A model generated the notes under the pieces. It was not told where the DNA came from. It saw nothing but the letters and a program-made list of their open reading frames with translations, and searched no databases. A stretch of DNA of 59,292 nucleotides from Candidatus Kaiserbacteria bacterium (GTDB lineage: Bacteria > Patescibacteriota > Minisyncoccia > Phycocordibacterales > UBA2100): assembly GCA_023267655.1 (NCBI GenBank), contig JAHFMV010000006.1, forward strand, positions 1-59,292, written 5' to 3'. Position 1 is the first letter of the stretch, and the number at the start of each line of letters is the position of its first letter. Positions 8,487 to 16,417 of the stretch are shown here, one piece after another. Made by a program: the position numbers and the translations under genes.

Positions 8487-8510
8487 AACGCCGGTCGTGA
8501 GGCCGGCGTT
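8487..8510 (-). terminator. Terminator hairpin after the 196-aa ORF
   Basis: AACGCCGG-TCGTGAGG-CCGGCGTT. Confidence 0.5.
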
Positions 8511-8536
8511 AGTATTTCTTCTTCCGTGCGCACCTT

Positions 8537-9127
8537 TCAGGGCTTGAAATTTCGTGGAAATCGATACAACTCTACAGCAGTGCTCGCATATACCAGTTCG
8601 CGAAAACCCTTTTGTCGAGCACGCGTCCCGTGGACAGTACTACTCCACTTCTGCGTTCTTTTGACGACAAGATCGAAATTCTTCGATCTCCCGTTGTGGT
8701 CCGGATCTCCCCAATTTTGCCTCTCAGAGATTTCCCGTATCGTCGAACGAATTGTACTGGGAGAACTGTCACTCGCAATCCCCATGACGGCGGATACACG
8801 GTTGTAAGGGTGATCAACACCTCGCAAGCTGAAATAAAGATGGAAACACACGTCAATCCATTCCGTTGTCTTAAAGATTTGCTGCACGCGTGAATCTTTA
8901 ACAATCTGCCGAAGCCCGATCTGATATCCACTTTGGTCCAGATCAAGAGAGTCGAAGGCGCGAAACGCAATTAGTTCGGTGTGCGTTTCAAGATATCGAA
9001 TCTGCTGTTTACGCACTCTCTCTAGCGGATTTCGGATAGACCACATCGAATCACCGAGGTGGTGCCAAATCACATCTCCGATGTATGGATTATGATTCAG
9101 CATGCTCTGTATCTCGGACCATTGCAT
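8537..9127 (-). CDS. Hypothetical protein (196 aa)
   Basis: Intact ORF with AAGGAG Shine-Dalgarno sequence and a TACAGT -10 upstream. No family recognised. Confidence 0.7.
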   Translation of the reverse strand: MQWSEIQSMLNHNPYIGDVIWHHLGDSMWSIRNPLERVRKQQIRYLETHTELIAFRAFDSLDLDQSGYQIGLRQIVKDSRVQQIFKTTEWIDVCFHLYFSLRGVDHPYNRVSAVMGIASDSSPSTIRSTIREISERQNWGDPDHNGRSKNFDLVVKRTQKWSSTVHGTRARQKGFRELVYASTAVELYRFPRNFKP

Positions 9128-9205
9128 CCTGTTCTCCTTTGCTGCGACTACAACTACTGTACGTAGTAGTACACGATTTGCCTTGTTATGGCAAGAAAAA
9201 GACAG

Positions 9206-9541
9206 TTAAAACACCTTCTCAATCAACCAACTGAAGAGTGACAGGACGATGGAGCCTAAGAGCGCTGGCCAGAAGCCGGCGATATGGAAGCCGGGAACAA
9301 TCCACGACATCGCCCAGAACAGAAGTGCATTCAAAATGAAATGGAACAATCCGAGCGTGATGATCGTAATCGGGAGCGAGAGGATGGTGAGCACCGGCCG
9401 GATGACGGTGATGATCACTGACCATACGAGAGCAACGATGAGCGTCGTTTCCCAACCACCCACAACAGAAATGCCGGGGACGAGATTGACCGTGAGGTAC
9501 ACGGCTACGACCACCGCGATGTAACGAAACAGGAAGTGCAT
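9206..9541 (-). CDS. Phage holin family IV / DUF360 membrane protein
   Basis: 111 aa, 4 TM, with the VNLVPG...GGW...VIRPVL..LSLPITIITLGLF..ILNA pattern. Confidence 0.7.
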   Translation of the reverse strand: MHFLFRYIAVVVAVYLTVNLVPGISVVGGWETTLIVALVWSVIITVIRPVLTILSLPITIITLGLFHFILNALLFWAMSWIVPGFHIAGFWPALLGSIVLSLFSWLIEKVF

Positions 9542-9574
9542 ACAGAGATACTATCAAATATGTACATCAAAAGC

Positions 9575-9610
9575 ATCCAGCCCCAGTTTTTTAGAAAACT
9601 GAGGCTGGAT
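9575..9610 (-). terminator. 16-bp hairpin after the acidic mini-ORF
   Basis: ATCCAGCC-C-CAGTTTT-TTAG-AAAACTG-A-GGCTGGAT, followed on the minus strand by GCUUUUGAUG. Confidence 0.5.
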
Positions 9611-9612
9611 TG

Positions 9613-9738
9613 CTAGTAACTTTCTTCCTCCTCCTCAAAGAGTGCTCCTTCTTCCTCTGGCTCGTCTTTTTCTTCGAGCAAATCCTCGACTGCATCGGGA
9701 TTCACGCGTGCGTCTTTGTCATCGTCCTCTGCCATCAT
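9613..9738 (-). CDS. 41-aa extremely acidic peptide (not in the ORF track)
   Basis: MMAEDDDKDARVNPDAVEDLLEEKDEPEEEGALFEEEEESY*, flanked by its own hairpin terminator. Confidence 0.35.
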   Translation of the reverse strand: MMAEDDDKDARVNPDAVEDLLEEKDEPEEEGALFEEEEESY

Positions 9739-9984
9739 GAATTAATTTGAATTTAGCCTCTAAACACCGCTATCGTACTGAATGTTATGTCGCGCGCAAG
9801 TCCGTAGGCTGTGAATAACTCGCTCGGGGTATGAAATTTCGAAAGTCGACCCGAACGCGAACTAATTGACTGTTTTTACGTCACATCTACTACTGTATGT
9901 CATCACGCTTTGATATGTGCTGCGCGATGTTCTCTCGACCTTCAAAATTTATACCCGCTCGCTCTTTTGTGGTTAAATGCAAGC

Positions 9985-12165
9985 ATGCTTCCAACTGATC
10001 CGATCTCGAAACACTTCCGCCTCATGGCGCCCCACGTATCGGCACTCAAGAAACTCGGCATCCTCACTATCCGCGACCTTCTGTACCATTTCCCCTCCCG
10101 CTACGAACACGCCGGAGCGTCGGGAAGCGTCGCCAGATTAGTGCCGGGCACGAAGGTATCATTAGTCGGGATTTTGAGCAAGCTCCAGGCAAAAAAGCTC
10201 TGGAAAAGCCGCCGCACCGCAACCGAGGGCGTCTTCGAAGATAGTAGCGGCAAGGTCAAAGTCATGTGGTTCAACCAGCCCTACATCGCCAAAATGGCGC
10301 CGCAGGGCATCCCCGTGAAGCTCACCGGCACTGTCGGCGGTTCTGCCGAACGACCTTATATAACAAACCCCGAGGTAATCGCCATAGCCGCAGGTGAAGT
10401 TATAGCCGAGGGGTTATTTCAAAAACCTGACACCTTGAACCTGGAACCTGACACCTCGATTTTCCCTATCTACCCCGAAAGTCGCGGCATAACGTCGCTC
10501 TGGTTCTATCACGCGCTGAAGCGCGTCTTTGAGAGCGGCGCGCACAAGAAAATCGACGATCCGATTCCACCAGAAATCCGCGATCGCTATCACCTCCCCA
10601 CGCTCGAGACGTCATTCGTGATGGTGCACACGCCCGAAGACGAAAAGCACGCGCAAGCGGCTCGAAAACGATTTTCATTTGAAGAAATATTCGCGATCCA
10701 AGTCGCGCGGGCAAAAGAACGCGCCGAAAACGCTGCGCTTCCCGCATTTGAGATTACGAACGCATCAGAAAACGCGGAGAAATTCCTCGCGACGATCGAT
10801 TTTCCCCCGACGCGCGCGCAACACCGCGCGATCGTAGACATACTCGCCGATTTTGCAAACCGCCACCCGATGGCACGCCTTCTCGAGGGCGATGTAGGAT
10901 CCGGAAAGACGCTCGTCGCCGCTGCTGCCGCATACGCTGTCGTAAATTCCCGCCCGCCAAATAGGCAGAGCGGCACGCTCCAAGTCGCTTATATGGCACC
11001 GACGGAAATCCTCGCCGGGCAACATTTCCAATCGTTTATCGAATACTTTAAAGACCTCCCGATCAACATCGGTCTCATCACGAGGAGCGGTTGCAAAAAA
11101 TTCCCGTCGAAGATTGCAAGTAAAAATAATCGCGGTAAAGCGACCGATATTTCGCGAACGCAATTACTGAAATGGGTCGCAAACGGCGAAATTGCGATGC
11201 TCGTCGGCACGCATGCGCTCATCCAGAAAAAAGTGCAATTTCAACATCTCGCGCTCGCAATCGTCGATGAGCAACACCGATTCGGCACTCGCCAAAGGCG
11301 GGAACTCGCACGCAAGGGCGATTTTCCGCCGCATTTCCTCTCTATGACCGCGACGCCGATCCCCCGCACGCTCGCGCTCACGATCTACGGCGATCTCGAT
11401 CTCTCGATTCTCGATGAGCTCCCGCCGGGCCGCGCGAAGATAACGACCGAGATCATTATGCCGAAGATGCGCGCGGAGGCATACGAAAAAGTCCGCGAAG
11501 AATTGGTAAAAGGCCGACAAGCCTATGTCATCTGCCCGCGCATCAACGAACCCGATCCGGAAAAAATGAATGCGCTGCAAGCAAAAAGTGCCAAAGCCGA
11601 AGCCGCGCGTTTGCAGAAAGACGTCTTCCCCGACTACGAAGTCGGACTCTTGCATGGCGGCGTAAAGCCGGCCGAGAAAGACCGCATCATGGCGGATTTT
11701 GCTGCGAAGAAAATCGATATACTCGTCGCGACGTCGGTCGTTGAAGTCGGCATCAATGTACCGAATGCAACGGTCATGATGATCGAAGGCGCCGAGCGAT
11801 TTGGCCTGGCGCAGTTGCATCAATTGCGCGGTCGCGTCCAGCGCTCATCGAATCCGCCGTTTTGTTTTCTTTTGCCCGAAAGTAAAGGCGACCTCGCGAT
11901 GAAGCGTTTAAAAGCACTCGAAAAAAGTGCAGATGGATTCCAGCTGGCAGAAAGTGATCTCGAAACCCGCGGTGCGGGCGATTTGTACGGCTCACGCCAA
12001 TGGGGCATGTCGGATCTGGGTATGGAAGCGCTGCAGAACGCAAAACTCATCAAGGCCGCGCGGGAGGGGGCGCTCGCCTTGGTGGAAAATGATCCGAGGC
12101 TCGCAGCGCACCCAGCGCTTGCTCTTCGCCTCCAGAGCAGTCGCGGCGCGCTCCACAATGAATAA
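9985..12165 (+). CDS. recG: ATP-dependent DNA helicase RecG
   Basis: Wedge domain plus helicase motifs GDVGSGKT, DEQHRFG, SMTATPIPRT, QLRGRVQR. ATG at 9985 sits 6 nt after TGgTTAAAT. Confidence 0.9.
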   Translation: MLPTDPISKHFRLMAPHVSALKKLGILTIRDLLYHFPSRYEHAGASGSVARLVPGTKVSLVGILSKLQAKKLWKSRRTATEGVFEDSSGKVKVMWFNQPYIAKMAPQGIPVKLTGTVGGSAERPYITNPEVIAIAAGEVIAEGLFQKPDTLNLEPDTSIFPIYPESRGITSLWFYHALKRVFESGAHKKIDDPIPPEIRDRYHLPTLETSFVMVHTPEDEKHAQAARKRFSFEEIFAIQVARAKERAENAALPAFEITNASENAEKFLATIDFPPTRAQHRAIVDILADFANRHPMARLLEGDVGSGKTLVAAAAAYAVVNSRPPNRQSGTLQVAYMAPTEILAGQHFQSFIEYFKDLPINIGLITRSGCKKFPSKIASKNNRGKATDISRTQLLKWVANGEIAMLVGTHALIQKKVQFQHLALAIVDEQHRFGTRQRRELARKGDFPPHFLSMTATPIPRTLALTIYGDLDLSILDELPPGRAKITTEIIMPKMRAEAYEKVREELVKGRQAYVICPRINEPDPEKMNALQAKSAKAEAARLQKDVFPDYEVGLLHGGVKPAEKDRIMADFAAKKIDILVATSVVEVGINVPNATVMMIEGAERFGLAQLHQLRGRVQRSSNPPFCFLLPESKGDLAMKRLKALEKSADGFQLAESDLETRGAGDLYGSRQWGMSDLGMEALQNAKLIKAAREGALALVENDPRLAAHPALALRLQSSRGALHNE

Positions 12166-12166
12166 T

Positions 12167-13246
12167 CTAATTGACGATCACGAACGCAACCGTATCAACA
12201 ATTTGGAGCGACGAGCCGCGTTTCAGTGTGATCGTATACGATCCGGCGTTTTGATACGTGTGGCTTTCACTCTTGGATACCGTACCCGGCTTGCACACGT
12301 CGTAAGTCTGTTTTGCGTGCGCACTGTTGTCGCCCCAATCAAGGTCATAAAGGTCACATGATGATGCGATGTCGAACTGCGCCGAAGCAGAGAACGGATC
12401 ACCGTTTGCTCCCGCAGTCACATTAAACGGCCCACCTGTTTGTCCGGGAGTCGTCGGCGTCCCACCGGAGCCTGCATCTCCGACCGTCACCGTGACCGTG
12501 CTCTGATGCACTCCCGATCGGAGCGAGAGGATGTACGTGCCCGCTGCCGTGTAGAGGTGGTTGAAAACTTGTCGTAGTTCGTTGCAGAAACCTGCAGGAA
12601 CGGTTGCATTTGCCGGCACCGAGCCGTCGCCAAACGCGATTTCGAATGTCGTTGCCGCGCACGATTTTGCCGTATTCAAAATCGTCTCGACGGCAACATT
12701 GAGAGGCGCCGCACCGGAAACGGGCGTGACGCGCATGAATCCGCTGATTGTTCCCGTATTTCCGCCGAGGACATCGGGACACTGCAAGGCGAGGAGAGCG
12801 GCGGTGCGCGGACCCGTGACGCCGTAGCCGGTCGAAGCCGGCGTACCATCGCACACCAATTTATTTTTGCACTGGAAACGTTGCACGGCCGCTTCAGTCA
12901 AACCGCCGTAGTATCCGGTGACTTGCGCCTCCGGATATATCGACGGATCGAGCGCGAGGAACTGTTGCAAGCGCGTGACATCGACACCTGACATTCCGCG
13001 CTTCAAATTGCGGCTGATGAGCGGACACTGGAGCGTGCCGCCTCCTGTTGGTACCGAAGCCGGGGTTGCCGCAGGCACGGTGTTTGTCGCGCCAGCACCA
13101 ACGCCCGCACCAACTTGCTGCTGCAAAGCGGTCACCTGCTGGAGAAGTGCTTGGATTTGTGCCGCGAGTTCTTCGGCCGTTGCGGCAAAGGATGTTGCGG
13201 GAAGGATAAGGGCGATCACAGAACTTGCAATGAGAAGTTTTCGCAT
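12167..13246 (-). CDS. Secreted protein with peptidoglycan-binding domain and PKD/Ig-like repeats
   Basis: Signal peptide MRKLLIASSVIALILPATSFA. PG_binding_1-like GVDVTRLQQFLA...YYGGLTEAAVQRFQ. Two DxGDG..(H)xY..AGxY PKD-like modules. Confidence 0.7.
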   Translation of the reverse strand: MRKLLIASSVIALILPATSFAATAEELAAQIQALLQQVTALQQQVGAGVGAGATNTVPAATPASVPTGGGTLQCPLISRNLKRGMSGVDVTRLQQFLALDPSIYPEAQVTGYYGGLTEAAVQRFQCKNKLVCDGTPASTGYGVTGPRTAALLALQCPDVLGGNTGTISGFMRVTPVSGAAPLNVAVETILNTAKSCAATTFEIAFGDGSVPANATVPAGFCNELRQVFNHLYTAAGTYILSLRSGVHQSTVTVTVGDAGSGGTPTTPGQTGGPFNVTAGANGDPFSASAQFDIASSCDLYDLDWGDNSAHAKQTYDVCKPGTVSKSESHTYQNAGSYTITLKRGSSLQIVDTVAFVIVN

Positions 13247-13280
13247 GCATGTATTGTCGCATGCAAGGGGCTCTGCGCAA

Positions 13281-13625
13281 CTATCCCCTGTTGAAATGAT
13301 TACGAGCGGCAGCGATATCTGCGGCAATCATCTCCCGAGCTTCATCTTCGCTTTCAAACCGCTTATCTTCGCGGATCTTTTCAAGTAATTTGATTTCAAG
13401 CTCTTTCCCATACAAATCACCGTCAAAATCCAAGAGATGCGCTTCGAGTACTTTGTTGCGCTGGTCGGCATACACCGCAGCGTTATACGTTTCTTTCCCC
13501 ACGCGCACCGTCGCCACAAAAATCCCGCTCACGTCGCTATCATCAAGTGGAATATTCGCCGTCGGAAATCCAAGCCGCCGCCCGTATTCGCCTCCTTTTT
13601 GCACAATGCCTTTGTAAGTGTTCAT
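13281..13625 (-). CDS. Riboflavin kinase (stand-alone RibF C-terminal domain)
   Basis: GRRLGFPTANI...ETYNAAVY...LEAHLLDFDGDLYGKELEIKLLEKIR. Confidence 0.8.
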   Translation of the reverse strand: MNTYKGIVQKGGEYGRRLGFPTANIPLDDSDVSGIFVATVRVGKETYNAAVYADQRNKVLEAHLLDFDGDLYGKELEIKLLEKIREDKRFESEDEAREMIAADIAAARNHFNRG

Positions 13626-14404
13626 GAATTAGTTTCAATTTTCTCGAACGTATAGGCGGTAAAAGGAATATTTCGATGTGCACGCGTATTCGAAACAATC
13701 TTATACGTAGTACTCGAAGACTCGATTCGACGACTTTCCTCACCGCGCCTTGAGACATCTGGGTATTTACTATGCTCGGATTTTCGTAGTCCGACATATG
13801 TCATATTTTGACTCTTTGCAAGTGCAAGAGCCACAGCATACAGCGCGTGCTCAGGACTCATATACCGCATTGGATCTGGAGCGGTAATTTTAAAGCGCGC
13901 TTTGCGACCTTCGTGGGTTGTGGTCCTGCGCGATGTGCTACCCCCTTGCAGCTGATCAATAAGTAGTAGATGTCGGTCGAAGTCTGGGCGGAATGCGATC
14001 GTGCTAATTATTTCCCACTTATCATCCTTGGTTTTGTATTCAAGCGTGTACCCAAACGGCGCGTCGAGAAATACATGACCTTCAAGATCGGACCAGCCGG
14101 ATTTTTTATCGTAGGTCCAATCAGGTACAAGACGACCCGTTAGTTCCTCATTCATTTTGGCGAGTCGCGGTTGAATTCTGAAACGTGATGCATTAAATGT
14201 TAGTGGATTTTGAGCGTACTGTTTTAGAAATTGTTTTGAAATCGGTTGCAAGAAGGCTTTTCTGAATGTCTCATATTCTTTGAATCGATATCCAACTTCA
14301 GTCATTTCCTTACGAATGCCCTTCTCCCGCTCTGCCAGCCCTTTTTTGCTTCGCAAAAATGGATTTTGTTCCGAGCCCATATCCGAAATATACCATGCAG
14401 CCAT
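13622..14404 (-). CDS. Hypothetical protein (260 aa), ATGA-coupled to riboflavin kinase
   Basis: Intact ORF. Its stop overlaps the riboflavin kinase start (13622-13625). No family recognised. Confidence 0.7.
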   Translation of the reverse strand: MAAWYISDMGSEQNPFLRSKKGLAEREKGIRKEMTEVGYRFKEYETFRKAFLQPISKQFLKQYAQNPLTFNASRFRIQPRLAKMNEELTGRLVPDWTYDKKSGWSDLEGHVFLDAPFGYTLEYKTKDDKWEIISTIAFRPDFDRHLLLIDQLQGGSTSRRTTTHEGRKARFKITAPDPMRYMSPEHALYAVALALAKSQNMTYVGLRKSEHSKYPDVSRRGEESRRIESSSTTYKIVSNTRAHRNIPFTAYTFEKIETNS

Positions 14405-14502
14405 GTACCCAGAGATAATTTTGTCGCCGACGCTCCAAAATTTCCCCGGGCCTGGCTCGCGATTCGGCCTGCTGGCCTCATAACGCTCCGCCTCGTACTA
14501 AC

Positions 14503-14536
14503 GCACAAAACCTGCCGCAGGGCAGGTGTTTGTGTC
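14503..14536 (-). terminator. Long hairpin directly after tRNA-Ile
   Basis: CACAAAACCTGCC-GCAG-GGCAGGTGTTTGTG, extendable to GTACTAACG.../...CGTTAGTAC, which reaches into the tRNA 3' end. Confidence 0.55.
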
Positions 14537-14541
14537 GTTAG

Positions 14542-14613
14542 TACGCCCACTAGGAATCGAACCTAGATACGCCGTGTATAAGACGACTGCTCTAACCGTT
14601 GAGCTATGGGCGC
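14542..14613 (-). tRNA. tRNA-Ile with anticodon UAU (no encoded CCA)
   Basis: Manual cloverleaf: GCGCCCA TA GCTC-AACGGTTA-GAGC A GTCGT-CTTATAC-ACGGC GTAT CTAGG-TTCGATT-CCTAG TGGGCGT A. G1-U72 wobble. Confidence 0.8.
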
Positions 14614-14622
14614 AACATCACT

Positions 14623-14651
14623 ACTGTACCGATAACGCCGATTAATCGCAA
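14623..14651 (-). promoter_or_regulatory. Sigma70-type promoter of tRNA-Ile (TTGCGA-N17-TACAGT)
   Basis: The -10 ends 9 nt before the mature tRNA 5' end. Confidence 0.5.
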
Positions 14652-14657
14652 TTACTT

Positions 14658-15023
14658 TTAAATATCAGCCAGTACGATATTGGGCACCGAGCGCATTTTC
14701 TTATCGCGTGTTGCGAGGGGAATCTTGCGCACCATGGCCGTCGCGACGATATACGCATCCGGTATGTCGAGCTTGTATCTGCGCCGAAGTGCGGCAGCTG
14801 CTTTCGCGATCTCTTTGTCAGGTTCGATGATAATAAAACCGTCGAGAAACTGCTCGACCGTGGCAAGATTGTCCCCCGCTTCGGGAAGACACAACGCTTC
14901 CGAATAGGAAACAAGCGAAATAAAAAGCGCTCGACGTTCGCGGACGAATGCGTCGAGTTTTTCGATGATGGATACATCGCCATTCAGGTATCCAATGACG
15001 ATATTGCTGTCGAGCAAAATCAT
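14658..15023 (-). CDS. vapC: PIN-domain toxin VapC
   Basis: MILLDSNIVIGYL...EAL...DAYIVATA...LATRD acidic PIN signature. Confidence 0.85.
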   Translation of the reverse strand: MILLDSNIVIGYLNGDVSIIEKLDAFVRERRALFISLVSYSEALCLPEAGDNLATVEQFLDGFIIIEPDKEIAKAAAALRRRYKLDIPDAYIVATAMVRKIPLATRDKKMRSVPNIVLADI

Positions 15024-15028
15024 GCGGA

Positions 15029-15178
15029 CTACGCGCGCTTATTCCACTCGCGGCGGAGTTTTTTTAGCGCAGCAACATTTTTCTTGGCCGACGTGCGCAA
15101 AATTCCGGCGGCTTTTCTCCATGCTGCGGGAACATCAGCATATTGCTTCGGCGAATACTTTATTGGTGTGGTTTGCAT
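15029..15178 (-). CDS. 49-aa putative VapB-type antitoxin (not in the ORF track)
   Basis: MQTTPIKYSPKQYADVPAAWRKAAGILRTSAKKNVAALKKLRREWNKRA*. Its stop is 5 nt before the vapC ATG. A TACCAT -10 box lies 6 nt upstream of its ATG. Confidence 0.5.
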   Translation of the reverse strand: MQTTPIKYSPKQYADVPAAWRKAAGILRTSAKKNVAALKKLRREWNKRA

Positions 15179-15224
15179 GCCATCATGGTACCGCTCTCTC
15201 GAAAAAACGCAATGAAGATTCGAA

Positions 15225-16367
15225 CTACCGAATCACTTTTGCGACTGCCGGGGCAACTCGTTTGTCGAACATATCGGGGAGGATTTTCTGTGCCGTCGGT
15301 TTCGCGACGAGGTTCGCAATCGCTTTCGCGGCTTTCATTTTCATATCATCGGTTATTTTACGCACGCGGTTATCCAGCGCGCCGCGGAAAATGCCCGGGA
15401 ACGCGAGTGAATTGTTGACTTGGTTCGGGAAATCCGAGCGTCCGGTTGCGATAACCGCCGCGCCTCCCTTTTTCGCTTCGTCGGGCATAATTTCCGGCGT
15501 CGGATTCGCAAGTGCAAAGACGATAGAATTCTGCGCCATCAATTTGATGTCGGCAGCCGTCGCAAGGCCGGGGCCAGAGACACCAATGAGGACATCCGCA
15601 CCCTTCAGCGCCGTCTGCAAATTCCCCTGCTTGTCTTCGGGATTCGTAAATCCGGCAAGCTCCGTCTTGTGCCGCGAGAGATCGTTGCGATGAATGCCAA
15701 TGATGCCTTTCGAGTCGATCATGAGGATGTGCCGAGCTCCCGCTTTGCGCAACAGATGCGCCGTTGCCGTCCCCGCTGCTCCCGCGCCAGAAATCACGAT
15801 GTGCACGGTCTCCAATTTCTTTTTCACCACCTTCAGCGCATTCAAAAGTCCTGCGAGAACGACGACCGCCGTCCCGTGTTGATCGTCGTGCATGACGGGG
15901 ATATCGAGCTTTTCAATGATGCGTCGTTCGATATCGAAACACTTCGGCGCTGCAAAATCTTCCAAATTAATCCCACCAAATGCCGGCGCGATATTCACAA
16001 TCGTCTCGACGATTTTTTCCGGATCCTGTGTATCGAGCACGATCGGTACGGCATCAACATCCGCAAACGTCTTAAAGAGCGCGCACTTCCCCTCCATGAC
16101 CGGGAGCGCCCCGAGTGCGCCGATGTTTCCTAATCCCAAAACAGCGGATCCATCCGAAATCACCGCGACCATCCGCCCTTTCATCGTATATTCGCGGGCC
16201 AAATTCTTATTCTTCGCGACGAAAGAAGAAACGTATCCGACCCCTGGCGTGTACACGAGTGAAAGATCCGCACGGTTCTTCACCGGTGCAGCGGGCACGA
16301 TCCTGATTTTCCCGCCAAGTTTCTTATGGAGCGCAAGTGCAGCTTTCGATACGTCTTTTTTCTTCAT
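15225..16367 (-). CDS. NAD(P)-dependent malic enzyme (short form)
   Basis: LSLVYTPGV...ISDGSAVLGLGNIG...LPVMEGKCALFK...GGINLEDF...VISGAGAAG. ATG sits 6 nt after a TATACT -10 box. Confidence 0.9.
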   Translation of the reverse strand: MKKKDVSKAALALHKKLGGKIRIVPAAPVKNRADLSLVYTPGVGYVSSFVAKNKNLAREYTMKGRMVAVISDGSAVLGLGNIGALGALPVMEGKCALFKTFADVDAVPIVLDTQDPEKIVETIVNIAPAFGGINLEDFAAPKCFDIERRIIEKLDIPVMHDDQHGTAVVVLAGLLNALKVVKKKLETVHIVISGAGAAGTATAHLLRKAGARHILMIDSKGIIGIHRNDLSRHKTELAGFTNPEDKQGNLQTALKGADVLIGVSGPGLATAADIKLMAQNSIVFALANPTPEIMPDEAKKGGAAVIATGRSDFPNQVNNSLAFPGIFRGALDNRVRKITDDMKMKAAKAIANLVAKPTAQKILPDMFDKRVAPAVAKVIR

Positions 16368-16386
16368 CGCGAGAGTATAACAGAAA

Positions 16387-16412
16387 CCCCTATCCGCCGA
16401 AACGGATAGGGG
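16387..16412 (-). terminator. Terminator after purF
   Basis: CCCCTATCCG-CCGAAA-CGGATAGGGG, followed by UUUCUG on the minus strand. Confidence 0.6.
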
Positions 16413-16417
16413 GCAAA

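Noticed and set aside
9153-9175. ACTACTGTACGTAGTAGTACA read as an E. coli-type SOS box (CTGT-N8-ACAG)
   Set aside because: There is no matching ACAG half-site at the right spacing. The lexA promoter of this organism carries a GAAC-N4-GTTC box instead, and the word fits a -10 element better.
12165-12167. Convergent gene ends with a 1-nt gap (recG / PG-binding protein) and a 4-nt stop overlap (GH13 / polymerase at 24898-24901), considered as regulatory features
   Set aside because: This is probably just genome compaction. No hairpin or other signal is associated with these junctions.
15420-16133. 237-aa ORF antisense to the malic enzyme gene. Similar long antisense ORFs lie at 11164-11823, 20346-21062, 31526-32537, 34566-35225 and 50630-51154.
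   Set aside because: Each fully overlaps a gene with clear family motifs on the other strand. Their translations are compositionally biased, with no recognisable domains.
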